In this document: piece after piece, positions 27,001 to 42,994 of the stretch
Layout of the letters: each line of letters begins with the position of its first letter
Position numbering within the stretch: the stretch's first letter is position 1
Assembly (NCBI GenBank): GCA_964016885.1
Contig: CAXHJY010001342.1
Span: 1 to 64,000 of the forward strand
Reading direction: 5' to 3'
Origin: Eledone cirrhosa
Taxonomy: Eukaryota
Length of the DNA: 64,000 nucleotides
Notes under the pieces: generated by a model
What the model saw: only the letters and a program-made list of their open reading frames with translations
What the model was told of the DNA's origin: nothing
Databases searched by the model: none
Translations under genes and position numbers: made by a program

Positions 27001-30000
27001 ATTATATAAATATATATATATACATATATAAATATATATACACACACATACACATATATATATATAGAGAAATAGAAAGAGAAAGATTGGAAATGTGACT
27101 GCGTCCATTTATTAATTCATTTCCGCATTTACTTATTTATTTATTTTTTATATATCCTAGACAGATATAAATATTTAACTTTACAATCACTTTCAATCGT
27201 GGTTTATATTAATCAGGTAAATGTATTATTTTGTTCCATTATTGTTCATGGGTTTCGTATATTTCATATTTGAGTCTGGTTTTGAGTTGGTAGAGGCCTC
27301 GTTGTTATATTTCCTGTTAAGGTTCAGCCTCAGTAAGAAAATGTGGGCTGTATTTCTAGCCTACTAAGTGACCACATAGACGCTACGTCAATATCATGTG
27401 TGACTAGTTTTGTAGTATTGCCCTGTATTCAAATCTGTTCCATCTACGACCGTTCCCCCTTTTATAAAAATACAGTGTATAGTAGGAATTATTTGATGTT
27501 GTGATTAGGTTATGTTTTGACGAGTAGGTAGACCGACCGCATCTAGACACCCTTGTCGACTGAACATATGCATGTAATTTAATAAAATGGTGGCTTGCTA
27601 ACTTTTCGCTATAAAGGAGTGACAATGTTTTGGTATTAAATGTAGGAATTTCGTTCTGAATTTTCCTGGCTATGACATATATTAAAAATATTTCTGTACT
27701 CTGGCATTAGTTTTTATTTTACTTGAATAAAATTATCCAACATGCATCAGTCTGTCCCAGACAGGAAAACTAATTCTAAAACTAAACTTAAGTATATAAT
27801 TCAACTATTGGTTACGGTCCAGTGCAAAATGGTAAAAAGCCCCTTGTCAGATGTAAAATATAGGCTATCAAACCGCAAATAAGCCCAGGCAAGATGTGAA
27901 CATAAGCAACAACTTCATGCTAGCCAGAACATATACCGCAAGCCGTCTCGTCCGATGCTTTAAGCGACCACGTAGACATGACCCTTTTGGGACTTTTGTT
28001 GATTGTTGTTCTTTGTTGCTATTGTTTGTTTTGTGGTCTTCCTACTGCAGCTGCCGTTATTGTTGTTTATTTTATTGCTGTAGGTGCCTCTATGATGAGA
28101 AACACATTTGAGAAAAAAACAATATCATTGAGGTAGCTAATTAAATCATATTTGAGCAGTTCATGTTTCGCTTCGTAGATTCCTTTTAAGGATAAAGCTA
28201 ATAACATTTTGGCTGTATGAAACAGTTTCTGTATTATAAGTACGGTACCCTCAAAGATAGCATATAATAAAGTCATCTCTACATATTTTAGTCTCTCAGA
28301 ATTAGATAAATATAATGTTGTCACTAATGGCAAAACTTTAAAATCTGAATTAACGAGGGAAAAATAAATATGAAGAAACGTGTAGTTATTGGTAGAGATT
28401 ATAGGTGAAATTTCTTCAATTATTGTAAAGTATACGTATGTCACTCACTTCCGATAACATGTTTACAATTTCCTATTTCAGAAATGCTCAGGTGGTTTTG
28501 TAGATCATCATTTGGACATATAGAGGATAGAAAGCGTACACGAAACAATTAATGATGGGAAAAACTCATTAACATTTCCTATGATATCTAAACTAGATTT
28601 TGAACCAGCTGTGAGAAGTATAATGAGCTAATGACTTGAATAGAACTCCTAATTATGAGAAACATTGAAACGGGCTATATTGCTTAAATCCTTTATGGAA
28701 TGAGTTCAATTGGGAATACTTTGGATTAATCCCCCCAATGTTGTTTACAAATGAATAAATTAAATTGAAGATTTGATAAACACATTATTAGATGATTTAC
28801 CATTGCTGGTAAAATTATACGTGAATAAATTAAAGCTACCAACCTCAAAGTTAATTTATTCGTCTGTAATATTGATAAAATATTAAATCCTAAACACAAT
28901 ATTTTAAGGGCTGGAAACTAAAATTGAAGAATTAAAGAGTCAAGCTCAAATTTCCAACACCAGTGAAGTGTCCATTAGTTACAGATGTAAATAATTCTTT
29001 TCATGCATATTCAAACAGGTGAAAGAAAAGATTGCTAAAAAGTTTTAGAACTTTAAGAAATACCTTACTTTTTCCCGTTAAAAATGTTCTTCGTTCAGCC
29101 AAAGAAAATGAGTTTCAAAATTGATAGGACAATACACTGGCACTCTGCATTTTAGGCCGGGAATAAAGACCGTTAAATTAGGCATCGAAAAAAAAAAACT
29201 GTCTATAGCCTGTTGATATATACGGCCAGTTCTACAAATGCAGATGAATAGATATATACATCTACTTGGCATAAAGTATTACGCTTCAGTTGTGTTCTGA
29301 CGAGGATCCGACTGTGATTTGCTATCCACATTATACACGTAAATTGTGAAAAAACAATCTGCGAATAAAATGATTTCTAGTATAGGCACAAGACCAGTAA
29401 TTCGGTGGGAGGGGAAAAACGATTAAATCGATCCCAGTACGTTACTGGTGCTTTATTTTATAAACCCCGTAAGGATGAATGGTGTTCGACTCTTTACCAA
29501 TACTGCCAACCCATCGCCCTAATCTGCGAACACAATGACACCAATAGCAAGTAGGTACATTAAACATCATGGCAGTCGATTTGGCAGAGTCATTATAGCG
29601 TTGGATCTTTGTTTCGGATATCTGCATTGTAAGGTCAAATCTCGCTGACGTCCACTTTGCTTTTCATCTTTTGAAGTTGATAAAGAAAGTCCCAGCCGAA
29701 TGCTGGGGCAGCCCTCTCTCCTTTCAACTGTCACAGCTTAGATTTCCGCTAGAATAAAAGAGAGAGGCCTGTGTCTGTGTCTATAACCGACTCTATGTGT
29801 ACATAAAACCGTTATCAAAAACATAGTACATGCTACGAAGCCATCCTCGATTGCTAGAAGTGGTTGTAGTTTATAGTTTACTTTAAACATCACATGAGTA
29901 TAAAAGTCAATTCACTATACAGATAGAAACAAAATTGTATTAGCTATCTACATATCTATTTGAAGAGAAATATTCGAAGGTGACTTACCCTTTTCCTTCC

Positions 30001-30496
30001 TTTATTACATGGTTTTAACACATATAACACATATATCTAACTAAACTTAGCATATACATTTTATTGAAGGACAATTAACCGTCCGTTAGTTATGGATGAA
30101 TTCATGAAGACGATAAATAACTAAAACCACAGCCACAGACACTGCACAGGTTTACTGGAAAAATTAATATTTCGGTCGGGCTAGAAATATTCTCCAAGGT
30201 AAGTTTAAAGGTTTAAAGAGACTACAATTAATCTCATGTTAGATAAAGAAGCAGAGATGAGAAAATTAGTCACATTTACAAATACTTAAATACGAGACAG
30301 TGTACAAGACGTGAAAGAAAATGTTAGGAATAAATATTACAGATAGATAATAATAAACAAACTCGCCCCAAAAAGGTAATAAATATCAATAATTTAGCTG
30401 TTCAAGTAATAGATTATAGTTGTATCACAAATACCTCTATTTACAACACACTACCAACATGTGATATAAAAGGTTTATATTTAATGCGAATAGATA

Positions 30497-30650
30497 TAAT
30501 TGTTTCTACTTTTGGCACAAGGGCAGCAATTATCCCAGTGTATTACTGGTAATTTATTTTATCGACCCTGTAAGGACGAAAGGCAAAGTTAACCTCGGCG
30601 GGATTTGAACTCATACCATAAAGGGCCGTAACTCTTTGCTGCAAAGCAAA
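30497..30650 (-). mobile_element. SINE (5'-truncated)
   Basis: TTTTATCGACCCTGTAAGGACGAAAGGCAAAGTTAACCTCGGCGGGATTTGAACTC. Confidence 0.78.
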
Positions 30651-31159
30651 TAGATATAATAGGAATATAATGCGAATAGATATAATAGGAGCATTTAGCA
30701 ATCGGAAAAGTATTATAACATTCAACTGAAGGACTATAATATTATCTATCAAGGAATAATTAAAATCTAATACAAATAACTACATAACATTAAATTAGAA
30801 AAGTGTTTTCTGCTTTCGACTTACAGAGTGTCGTGATTGGTAGAGCAGTGCAAGACACGCAATCAAATACTGAAATTCTTTTTAGATGATGTTAAAAGTC
30901 AATTATAAAAATAATTATAATGCTAATATTTAACAAATATAAAAATCCATTCATTTTGGTGAGAGATACAGTCGATTAAATCGATCCCATTAATTAAGTA
31001 GGACTTATTTTCTTTGACCCTGTTGGGTGGAAAAGTAAATTCGGTCATTGGTGATTTTATCTCTTAATTTAATTTGGGGGTAACAAAAAAAAAAAAAAAA
31101 AATCTTTACATCATTTCACAAATCACTTTACTACACCGAAGTCGATTATTTCTTCTTTC

Positions 31160-31670
31160 TAACATACGCACAAGGCCAGTAATTTTATTTTATCGCCGTT
31201 GAGATCGGCGAGATTTGATCTCAGAACGTAAAGAGGCGGAATAAATACTGCGAAGCATTCGTCTGACGCTCTGTCGACTCTGCCAACCAAAATACCGCTC
31301 TTAATAGTTTCTAATTTTGGTAGAAGGCCTGATTTTTTGTGGAAAGGGAAAGTCAATTATATTGACCCAGTACTTGACTGGTAATTCATTTTATGGATTT
31401 TGGAAGGAAGAAAGGCTAAGTTATCCTCGGCGGGATTTGAACTCAGAAAAGCTAAATGGCTATAAGCATTCTGTCCGGTGTTCTAACAATTCCAATAATC
31501 CACAGCCTTGACGTGAGTTAATAATGGTTTCTGATTTAGGTACAAGGCCAGCAATTTTTGGGCAGCGAGGGGAAAGTCGATTATATCGACTCCTGTGCGC
31601 GACTGGTATTTTATTCTATCGACCCCATAAGAATGAACAGCAAAGCTAACCTCGGCAGGATTTGAACCAG
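31160..31670 (-). mobile_element. Cluster of ~3 degenerate SINE copies
   Basis: Repeated CGGCG(A/G)GATTTGA(A/T)CTCAGAA and ACAAGGCCAG.AATTT motifs. Confidence 0.65.
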
Positions 31671-32062
31671 CAGTAACTGGAGGTTAACCTTGCTATGGAA
31701 TGGCGTCCTGCACTCTCAATCGCTTAATGCCAATGAAACTGGGACAGCCAGCGATCTGATAAGCCTCCAGGCTTGGGAGAGATTTTAACTTTTTTTAACA
31801 TCAACTATAGATTGAAGGGATATCTTCATTTATTTGTGTTGTAAATCCACTTACGACAATGCATGACTGTCGAACAAGCTAATTATTTCTTCGAAATGAG
31901 ATCTCAGGAGGTGCACATAGTTGTTTGAAATCAATATTATGCATTCTTGATGAGTGATATATAAATTAAACGTAAACAATCTGTGAAGCAATTCCATTCA
32001 AACCTCGTCCATAATCATTACCCAAATTCCTATGGTATGTCATACAAGGTATTGTTAATATT

Positions 32063-32255
32063 ATCTTGAGTGTGACTGCGGCATCGAACCACAGACTACG
32101 CAGCACCTCCTGATACGCCCGCCCTGCTGGAACACCCCTGCACAGCATTGGACTTGGCAGAGTTTAAGGAGAAAGGACAGCAATATGTTCAGCCGTGGCA
32201 AAACCACATCTATCCAAACTTTGTAGACGACACTCTTGTGGACACAATAAGAAGA
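32063..32255 (+). pseudogene. Decayed 3' end of a LINE, Ingi/Vingi-like Cys-His C-terminus
   Basis: ECDCGIEPQTTQHLL..PCTALDLAEF..W..I (frameshifted), ending GGACACAATAAGAAGA. Confidence 0.5.
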
Positions 32256-34603
32256 TCTTATGAATGTGATACTTTGATATATGAAATCCTAAGATTGCAT
32301 AGTGAACGCTGCAGTGAAACAGTTAAGATCTTAACAACATGCATTATTCGGCAATTACAGCAATAATAAAATCACATGAAAGACATATGCTTTATCATAT
32401 ATATGATTAGTATAACGAAAGTAAGCAACTTAGAGTAGTTGATACCAGCCAGAAAGCTGTCTATGGTTGAGTATTATTTCTTAGTTGAAGTCATTTCTCT
32501 CATTTATATAATCAATGTCTATATAGAAGCTGAACATGTCACTGGAATATATTTCTTTTTCCTGATCTCACTCGGTAACGTCAAATATCGATGCTATGCA
32601 ATTGAGCTAGAAATACAGATATATCTTAATCGACTCAGGTATATTTTGGAGTTGGTAAATATATAATCTGATGCGGGAAACAGTTAATTAGAATGGATAA
32701 TGCATTAGAGAATTGACTGACAATAACGAAATACCTATACGTAATCTCAAGGCAATTAAAGAAATTCTATATAGATGCGCTTTACGTTAGTAGCCAAAAC
32801 AATCTAACATTGCTCTTTAAATGTATGAACTCGTATATAGATGCACCTTAACTCATTAATCGCATCAATAACTGACATCTCTTTAAAATTATCATTTCAT
32901 ATATTTTGTTGACACATCCGACTGTAGAAACAGAAATGAAATCTTTAATTCAATTCTTGTCTTTATAAACACAGCTCTACACTGTTATTTAATAACAGTA
33001 GATGAATCCATTATCTATTCCAGGGTGCAAACAATTCGATTAATAGTAAGGTATCTATGATACTTTGCACCAAGCATCTTATTAATTTTATGTTAGTTGC
33101 TTTCATATAAACCAAAACAAAAGACAGGAGAACATGTGGCGTGGAGTCTTTGGCCGACAATAACGAAAAGTTTAAGAAGCCGTTGGATTTATTAATCAAT
33201 GCAAAAGTACAAGTATATATCTAAGAAAAATAAAACACACTATTAAAGAGAACAGACACGGAGGAAAAGAAAAGGTGAAGAGGAAAGAATAATCAAGCAA
33301 CGAAAGAATGAGAGAGGGGGAGGGACGATTATTAAGCCTCAGTCTGAGCGGTGTTCAGGATACAGCTTCATCCACTCAGACATATTATGCTCTTGTTGTG
33401 TTCTGCACGTCAGTAAGGTTGAGCGGACAAACGTGGGTGGAGATCAGGACAACCTTTTATCTATTAGTTCATGCTGTACCGTGGGTCACTATATATACAT
33501 ACAGATACATACATACACTGGGAAACAATGTTACCAGAAGTAATCCTATGCTTCCAAATTGTAACTGTATTCAAAAGTAGATTTATGTTGATTTGAAAGT
33601 TTTTTTTCCAAATCGCACACTAAGAATAAATTGTATCAACTAATAAATGACCAAATGGAAGACGTATTTGTCAGCTACCAGGAAGCTGATAGAAATTGAA
33701 CCATTGAGATTCCAACGCCAGTTGGATACAAACAAATGCAACTGATTAATACTTTCTCATCTCTCGATATATTTAATCTCTCACTTGTTTCACATCAAAA
33801 AAAAATCCTCACATATCCACATTTATCGCTCCATAGATAGCTAATCTGATATCCAGCTTGTAATTTACTCTTGCTACACTAATTAATTTTGCGATAAACA
33901 TCAGTCAAATTACAGTCTCATATCTCATATCTAATTTCCATATGTACATATTCCATTTCATCCAGCTGCATATCAAAGAATGTTTTCATCCAGAAGTGGA
34001 TGAGCCTGTTACAAATAGAGATCTAGTCATACATACACATGCATACACAAACACATATATATGTATGTGCATATATATATATGTATGTGCATATATATGT
34101 ATGTGATTCAGTGAATAACTAGTGCTGGTACCAAACGAGCAAGCACACGATGCGCAGGCAGACTATATATATATTGGGAGAGAAAATGGTATATATTTTA
34201 TCTAATAATTCTAAGGACATGATTTATGATATATATATATATATATATATTTATATGCGTAGTATGTATGTGGCTAAAATGATTGAAGTACTGTCCACAT
34301 GGACAAACTTGTCTATTACTTTCAGTTCTATTTCTTCAAATCAGCAAATGTCGCATCCAAATGACTAAAGAATTGACCTATCCTCAGTCGAATATGTAAC
34401 TCAGTGGAAATAACTTGCACGAAGGAGATCACGAACAAGCGGTTGAAAACTTTCAAAATATCTGCAAAATATCGCAAAATAAAGGGACATCTTTTGATTC
34501 CAGAGTCGGGCCAGATCGATACAGATCGAACCTTGAGCTGATCAGTAACAAAACGCGAGTCACCATCCAATAACCGCAATGAAGGCATAACAAATTGTCC
34601 TTG

Positions 34604-34687
<84 letters not shown>

Positions 34688-34751
34688 ATTTATATATATA
34701 TATAATATTTATATATATTTATAAATATATATATATATATAAATATATATA

Positions 34752-34785
<34 letters not shown>

Positions 34786-34904
34786 AAAATATATATATAT
34801 ATATAAAAATATATATATTATATAAAAATATATAAATATATATATATAAATATATATATATAAAAATATATGTATATATAATATAAATATATATATATAA
34901 AAAA

Positions 34905-34947
<43 letters not shown>

Positions 34948-34948
<1 letters not shown>

Positions 34949-35080
34949 TAACGGAAGAAATGTGGCAACCAGGTGGACCATACGCACCAAAGTACTCAAT
35001 ACTTAAGGTAGTAGAGTGGGTAATAGGAACGAGTAGGACCCCGACGGCTTGAACTCAGCCGTCGGGGTCCTACTCGTTCC

Positions 35081-35083
<3 letters not shown>
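34948..35083 (+). mobile_element. TA-embedded short element ending in a hairpin, collapsed version of 47871-48060
   Basis: Shared GGACCATA(A)CGCACCAAAGTACTCAATACTTA.GGTAGTAGAGTGGGT; hairpin 35023-35083. Confidence 0.8.
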
Positions 35084-35124
<41 letters not shown>

Positions 35125-35144
35125 TATATATATAAAAATATATG

Positions 35145-35183
<39 letters not shown>

Positions 35184-35230
35184 TAATATATATATATATA
35201 TATATATTAATATATATATATATATATATA

Positions 35231-35300
<70 letters not shown>

Positions 35301-35679
35301 TATACATATATAAGTATTTGGTTAGTAGCATTTAACACATCAGATATTTTAAATCAAACTTTGATTATTGGCATCGCTTCAATCTTTATTTTAAAAAATA
35401 ATTTCCTGCTAAACCCAGAGGAATAACGGATTTATTTAAAAACAAGTCACCGTCATGGAAACAGTATGGTGCAACTAAAAATATATTTATTGACTTCAGC
35501 TACCTAAATATTTCGGTTCCTCTGCGGTCTTCTCAACAGATGCGGTATTTTGGCAGTCTTTTGATAAAGTGAATATCAAAGAAGAAACACGCTTGTGTTT
35601 GCTTGCTAAACAGAAAGGTGACGTATGAATGTAGGATTACGTGTTTACACACACACAGAAATATATATTTATGTATACT

Positions 35680-36060
35680 ATGGCTGCCAACTCGTTTTCG
35701 AGTACGGCCACTACTTTATATCCATGTAGGAGAACCCCTACCGATGACCTGAACGAGTGTGACTTTTTAGTCCAGCCAGCGACTTGAAAACTCTGGCACA
35801 AACACCACACTTGTGACAATTATTGACACATAGTGCTGGGCCCATGGTACCATGTGACGATAAGTGCAGAGAGATCTCCAGATATAAAGCAATGCCTGTG
35901 CTGTGAAGCTTTTATAGTGAGCAAAGGCACTGCACAAAGCCAGTCCCACTCTCTTAACCAAGTTGATATTTACCAAAAAGAAGAACAAGTCAACATCATT
36001 GGATACCATCAGGGTTGCAGGTGTTATATCAGAGTTTTCCTTCTCCTAGAATTCTCCTAG
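35680..36060 (+). repeat. Dispersed repeat, inverted partner of 4085-4492
   Basis: Direct reverse-complement similarity. Confidence 0.75.
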
Positions 36061-36669
36061 AATTTATGTATATATATATATACATACATACACGCATGCA
36101 CATAAACACCACACGAACACGCATAAACAAATACAAACATACACATATACACTCACAAACATACGCACACATACACACAGCACATACACGTACACACAAA
36201 CAAACACACACGTGCCCGCGTGCAATAGAAATACATGTAAGTACACATACGCATTGAAGATCTATTAGTTCGAGTGAAAGTGATTTACAAATATTATAGT
36301 AGCCTGTCATGTGTCACTGCCTTTCCTTGAAATACTCTGGTGATGTCACAAAGTCTTGAAATGGAATGATTCCGACACGGTAAGCAACTGGCCTTTGGTA
36401 CCCTGAAGACCACATAACGAAACAGGTGTACGCGAGGCAGCTGGGAAGTTTGTGAAAACTGGAAACAGGCCTCTGCCTTGACACTCGTTTCCTCTTTTTG
36501 AAAGAAACGTCAATTGTATGCAGAAAAAATTTTTCTTCTCTAATAGTATTTGAGACAACTGAAATTTTAGTACATAGAATATTTTAAACATTTTCTGGTA
36601 TAAAAGGGTAAGTATTTTACCGTCTGATATCAAACTACAGCTATAGGAAGTTCTAGAAGGAAATTTAGC

Positions 36670-37437
36670 CAACTCGGCAGAGCGTCAGACACCATGCCTT
36701 GCAGCATAGAATTATGGCCCTTTACGTTCTGAGTTCAAATCCCGCCGAGGTTAACTTTGCCTTTCATCCTTACGGGGTCGATAAAATAAAGTACCAGTAA
36801 TGCATTGGGGGTAATTGCTGGCCTTGTGCCAAACGTAGAAACAATTATTACAAATAATTGTTTCTACTTATTACAAATAATATGACAGAGGCGAATTTGA
36901 AGTCTCAATTTTCGGTAAAGTGTGATAGTCCTAAGAATAATGGAATATTTCAATAAATAATCTTTTATCAGCGTCATGGTTTCATATTGCTGCTATATGA
37001 AGGACGGTGGATTGGCAGTATCGGTAGAGCACCGGACAAAATGCTTTGTGGTGTATAGTACGGCGCTTTACGATCCGAGTTCAAATCCTGCCGAGGTTAG
37101 CTTTGCCTCTCATCCTTACGAGGCCACTAAAATACAGTACCAGTAATGCACTACGGTTGATTTAATCGTCTTTCCCTTTCCCTTCAAATTGCTAGCCTTG
37201 TGCCAAAAATAGAAACAATTATTAATTAGGCTGTGGATTATCTTAATCAATAGAGTGTCGGACAAAATGCTTTACAGTATTTAATTATAACTATTGATGT
37301 TCAGAGTTCAAATCCCGACCAGCTTAACGTTTCCTTTCATCATTCCGGATTCGATAAATTAAGTACCAGTAATGTTGATGTAATGGATTCTACATCCCCA
37401 ACAAATTTTTAGCCTGGTACCTAAATTAAAAATTATT
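36670..37437 (+). mobile_element. Three SINE copies (~36670-36850, ~37000-37225, ~37228-37437)
   Basis: GAGTTCAAATCCCGCCGAGGTTAACTTTGCCTTTCATCCTTACGGGGTCGATAAAATAAAGTACCAG and variants. Confidence 0.8.
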
Positions 37438-38533
37438 ACTCATCAGGCATTGCTGCCGCTCCCATGACCATCGTAACCAATTTAAAGTTATGTTTGAACT
37501 GTAATGGGTGTTCAGTTTTAACTAAATGTTGATATTTGATTTGAACTATGTTGAATGATGTTCTTTTAAACTGAACTGTAGTTTGTGTTCAACTTTAATT
37601 ATGCGGTTATTGTCCATATAATCACAGTTGTATTTAAACCGAATGTAGCTGGATTAAAGACAGCTGTAACCTCTGAAGAATAGGGGAAAATCAGTGTGAA
37701 TTGAGCAAATAATCATACAAAACCTGAATGCTCTCATCTAGATTGAATGTGAAGGATGCTCACATGACATCGTTTCGGTAAATGTCTCAGTCAATCATTT
37801 TTCTGTATTTGTTGGCAATTACAATGAATAAATATATAAATAAATAAATAAATAAATAAATAAACACTGATAATGGTTGTAATCAACGTGGGTTGTATCT
37901 GAATCGTAATCGACACGGCTATATTGTTCTTCTTCGTTTCCTTTACATTTTTTATTCCCCCCTTCACTTAAACCATCATCTACTTATCATGGTTATTCAT
38001 CATATCAAAATAATTCTGATAATGAGCACACGAATCATCATACTGTTAACTGGGAGAGTCGTTAGAAAGTCCAATAGAATGCTTTGTGCTATTCGTTCTA
38101 GTTTTCTGCTTTCTCTGACATCTTTTCAAAAATGTCCAAGTCACACTGTATGTCATTGCAGCACCCATACGATTCCATCATATGTTATGGGTACATACAC
38201 ATAAGATCCACCATGTTTACATATTTATCATGATAATGATTAAAATAACTAGCAACACCAAATATATAAACAACATCAGTTGAAAGCAGAGTGTTTGGTG
38301 AGGTGTTAATTTTTCTATGTTACTCCGTTAGCATTTCTGTACATTTTGTCATCACGGGAGAAACTATTCCGCCACCAATTCCTCTTCTATTCCCCCTCTC
38401 CCAGCATCCACAGACAAAACGTGAGAAAACATCTTTCCATTTCCAATGCACCATAATCCTGATTAATTGCAGTGGAACATTCAGCTAACTCATCCGAAAT
38501 AGCTGTTCTTCCTACTTCAAGGTTGACATAATT

Positions 38534-38651
<118 letters not shown>

Positions 38652-38780
38652 ACACATACACACGCACACACACATATATATATATATAGACGCACACTCA
38701 TATACACATGTATGTATGTATGTATGTATGTATGTGTGTACGTATGTATGTTTGTCTCCCTATATATATATATATATACA

Positions 38781-38843
<63 letters not shown>

Positions 38844-40192
38844 TGTATGTGCCTGTATGTGAGTGTCTGTATGTGCGTATCTGTGTGTCTATGTGTGTCT
38901 ATGTGTGTATGTGTGTTTCTCTCAATGTAAATACACATTTAACAACACACCTAGAAATGCTATTTACCAGTTTATATTATCTTCATACATTTTTAATTGA
39001 TTGACAGCAAAGTGATGAAAGAGAATCTATTAGAGTTTGCTTATGTTAAAACAAAGAAAGGTTGAGTGGTCTTTCAGCTCTGCCAAACATCATCTGAGTG
39101 AAAGAAGTGATATCGTGTTATATTTAGGCTTCAATAGTTATGTGTATCAATGCATAAGTGTTAGGGTGATTACTTAAAACGAAATGAAACTGGGGAATGA
39201 ACTCCACATGCGGTTGTTTGAATGAGAAGTTTATTAATAATTCAGAGAACAGTAAAGTTTAGGATTTGAACTCAGCGTTGCAATTACCACAATGATATTC
39301 AGCAAAATAAATAAACATTATATAATATTGATTTGTAATTTAAGTACAAGGCCAGCAAATTCGAGGAAGGTCAACATTTATTAAATCAACCCCAATAGTT
39401 GACTGGTACTTTAATTTATCAAGCATTTCCTTTACCATCCTCCGGGGAAAAGCCTTCTCAATTCTGTCCGCCGGGGCTGTGGAGAGGCCAGCACGTGGGA
39501 CCCCATTTGCTCAGCATACAGAGAGATGCGGAGGGCGAGAGAGATGGAGGCGATGGCAGTGGGAGTTCGGCTCTTCCACGTTCGGACCATATCCCTGTGG
39601 TTGTGTTCATTATCTATAGAGTTCATTGTTAAACTAGATCCAGTTGTATTAATTAATTATTGCATATATTTTGGTTTGTATTAATTTCCCGAGGAATTGG
39701 TTTACCAAATGCTTTGCTTAATTGTTTTATTTATTTAAAAAAATAATTATTCTTTCCATTTATCGAGCTCCGAATGATAGAAAATAAAAGTTGACTTCGG
39801 CAGGATTTGAACACAAAATGTGAAGAGCAAGAACAAATAACACCATAGAACTTTAGTTGAGTATCTAACAATCCTGCCAATGAACAACTCTTTGTAAATT
39901 GTATAATATTAAACGATTAGCTAGTGTTATTGTTTTATTCTCACTCAGCGTAAATATGTCTAATTGCATTTTTAATACTAACTACATTAAATATGTTGAC
40001 ACTAAAATATACTCCCAAATAATAGGATGGGTTGGAGTAAGCGGTGCATAGGGTGGGGGTGGACGTTGCTTAAATTTTTATTGGAATCAACGGGGGTTGT
40101 GAAATAGGTAATTATATAATGTATCTTCGTAAATATGGGATTTCTTGTAATGTTCTTTATTTTTGTCATATATAATGTTTTTTTTAAAATAA

Positions 40193-40350
40193 GGATTAGG
40201 GTTAGTGTTAGTATTAAGGTTAAGGGTTAGGGTTATGGTTAGAATTATGGTTAGAGTTAGGGGTTAGGGGTCAGGGCTAGGGTAAAGGTTAGGTTTCTGT
40301 TTGGGGTTAGGGTTAGGGTTAGTGTTAGTGTTAGAGTTAGCATTAGGGTG
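40193..40350 (+). repeat. Degenerate interstitial (TTAGGG)n-like array
   Basis: TTAGGG, TTAGTG, TTAGAG and TTATGG hexamers. Confidence 0.8.
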
Positions 40351-41962
40351 CTGGAGGGGTTGTGGTATTGCTCTGGCTGGCAGCCAGGGTGTAAAGGCGA
40401 CGTTAAAATTCGCAATGAAAGCTTTGCCAAGACTGTTTTGTCTTGTGGAAAAAATACGGGAGTAAGGACTGGGGGTGTTGCATTTAAAATGTAAATACTG
40501 CTCAGAAGGGGTGAGGTTAATGGAGAACCAACTGGTAGTTTATGGTTCCATCTGGTTTAACAACAAGATATGAAAATATTAACAAAAGTAGATAAAGAAA
40601 TAACAATCTGATGGAACAAATTGAAACATACAGTAATAACAAGGATGTTTTAATTTAGGCAGAAAACTAGACGTTTTGGGGAATGGAAAGTCGATTATAT
40701 CGACCCTTGTTGACTTTGGTGGGATTTGAACTCAGAATTTAAAAGGCCATAACTAAACACTGGAAAACATTTTGCCTGACATTCTAACGATTCTGCCCAA
40801 CTCATCATCTAATTTTCTCGGTACGTGACCACGGTGTATATCGTGATTTCAATTATAATCCAAAATACAATTCCTAATGAATTTAGAACGTAAAACAACA
40901 GAACAAATACTGCTAGGCATTTCTCCGACGCTTAACAACAGTCAATACAAATAATAATAATAATAATAGTAATAATAATATATACATATAAATGTTAATG
41001 TGTGTGTAAGTGTGTGCATGCGTGTGACTATATGTGTGTATATGTATGTGTGTATGCATGCGTGTGACTCTGTGTGTATATGTGTGACTCTATGTGTGTA
41101 TATGTGTGTGTATATGTATGTGTATATGTATATATATGTGTATAGACAATGTGTATGTGCATGTGTATGTGCATATGTGTGACTATATGTGTGTGTGTGT
41201 GTGTGTATATGTATGTGTATATATATATATATGTGTATAGACAATGTGTATGTGCATGTGTATGTGCATATGTGTGACTATATGTGTGTATGTATGTGTG
41301 TGTATATGTATGTGTGTATATATATATGTATGTGTATACATACAATGTGTACGTGTGTGTGCTTCTGTGTGACTATAGTGCGTGTATATGTGTGTGTATG
41401 TGCGAATGTGTAGGCTGATGAAGTTGGTAGATAGATAGTCCAATACACCCAGATGATAGACGAATATAGTTATTGATGAAGCAAATGATCATCTAACGGA
41501 CAAATTACTAGATGGCCAATGAGATGCAGTCAGCTGAATGCACATTTATTTTCGAAGAAACTTATTAACTTCTTTTTACATTTTATTTTATTTTTCGTTA
41601 GTTTGTTTATCAATTCATCTGTTTGTCTTTTGTCATTCATTTACTGGGAAACCGATTCCATAAATTACTTCATTATATGAAACGAATAAATCTACCTTGA
41701 AGGCAATCTTATTATTTCACTATTTTCAGGAGCTATTTCAAGGATGTCAGCGTTAAATTGAAAACATTACAATGCAGTTATATCTTAAATTCATTTTCAT
41801 ACTTGTATTTTCTGTGTATTCCTTGTGTTCTTTGTAAAAATGTGTGCATATGTGTCTATATGTGTGTATATGTGTATGTATACGCTTGTCTGTGTGTATA
41901 TGTATGTGTATAATGTGTGTATGTATATATATATATGTATATATACACACACCATACACATG

Positions 41963-42046
<84 letters not shown>

Positions 42047-42061
42047 CTCAACATACGCATG

Positions 42062-42092
<31 letters not shown>

Positions 42093-42539
42093 CATACACA
42101 TACATATACCCATATACACAGACAAGCGTACACATACACACATATAGGCACACACACACACACACACAAATACACACACACATATATGTGTATGTGTGTG
42201 CGCGTTTGTGTGTGTATATGAGTTTATGTGTGGGTGTGCGCGCGTTTGTATATGAATATATGTGTGTATGTGTTGTTTGTGTACGTGCATTATGTTTATT
42301 TTCGTTGGTGGTCTTTGTTCAAGGAGGGGTATGGGGTAGTTTGTGGATGGCAGCTGAAGGTGAGGAATAAAATACATTTCTTTGAAGAATAAACAAAATA
42401 TTTGGAAATATTAATTAGCTATTAGAAATATCCAGCTAATGAATTATATAATTATATTGTTCATTGCTTACAGGGCAGATTCCATTTGTATAGTCTCCCA
42501 ACATCTCTTTTTCATTGTCGTCCTTTCTTTTGTTGCCCT

Positions 42540-42883
<344 letters not shown>

Positions 42884-42994
42884 TTTTCTTATTTTGATAA
42901 CAAAAAAGTAGACGTGTGTATTACGCCACTAATATCGCAACTATCAAAAATTGTGCTGAATTGACTTTCTGAGAAAGTAATGCAGCTCTCAAAA

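Noticed and set aside
27800-29330. Possible host exons or decayed transposase in non-repetitive AT-rich DNA
   Set aside because: No recognisable motif or consistent frame; small host exons cannot be excluded without transcript data
33510-33730. Possible mariner-like remnant
   Set aside because: Only a vague resemblance; no TIR pair or transposase motif found
35500-35546. Further degenerate hammerhead-like motifs (also ~30165-30205 and ~11710)
   Set aside because: Stem II or the GAAA half is missing or unpaired
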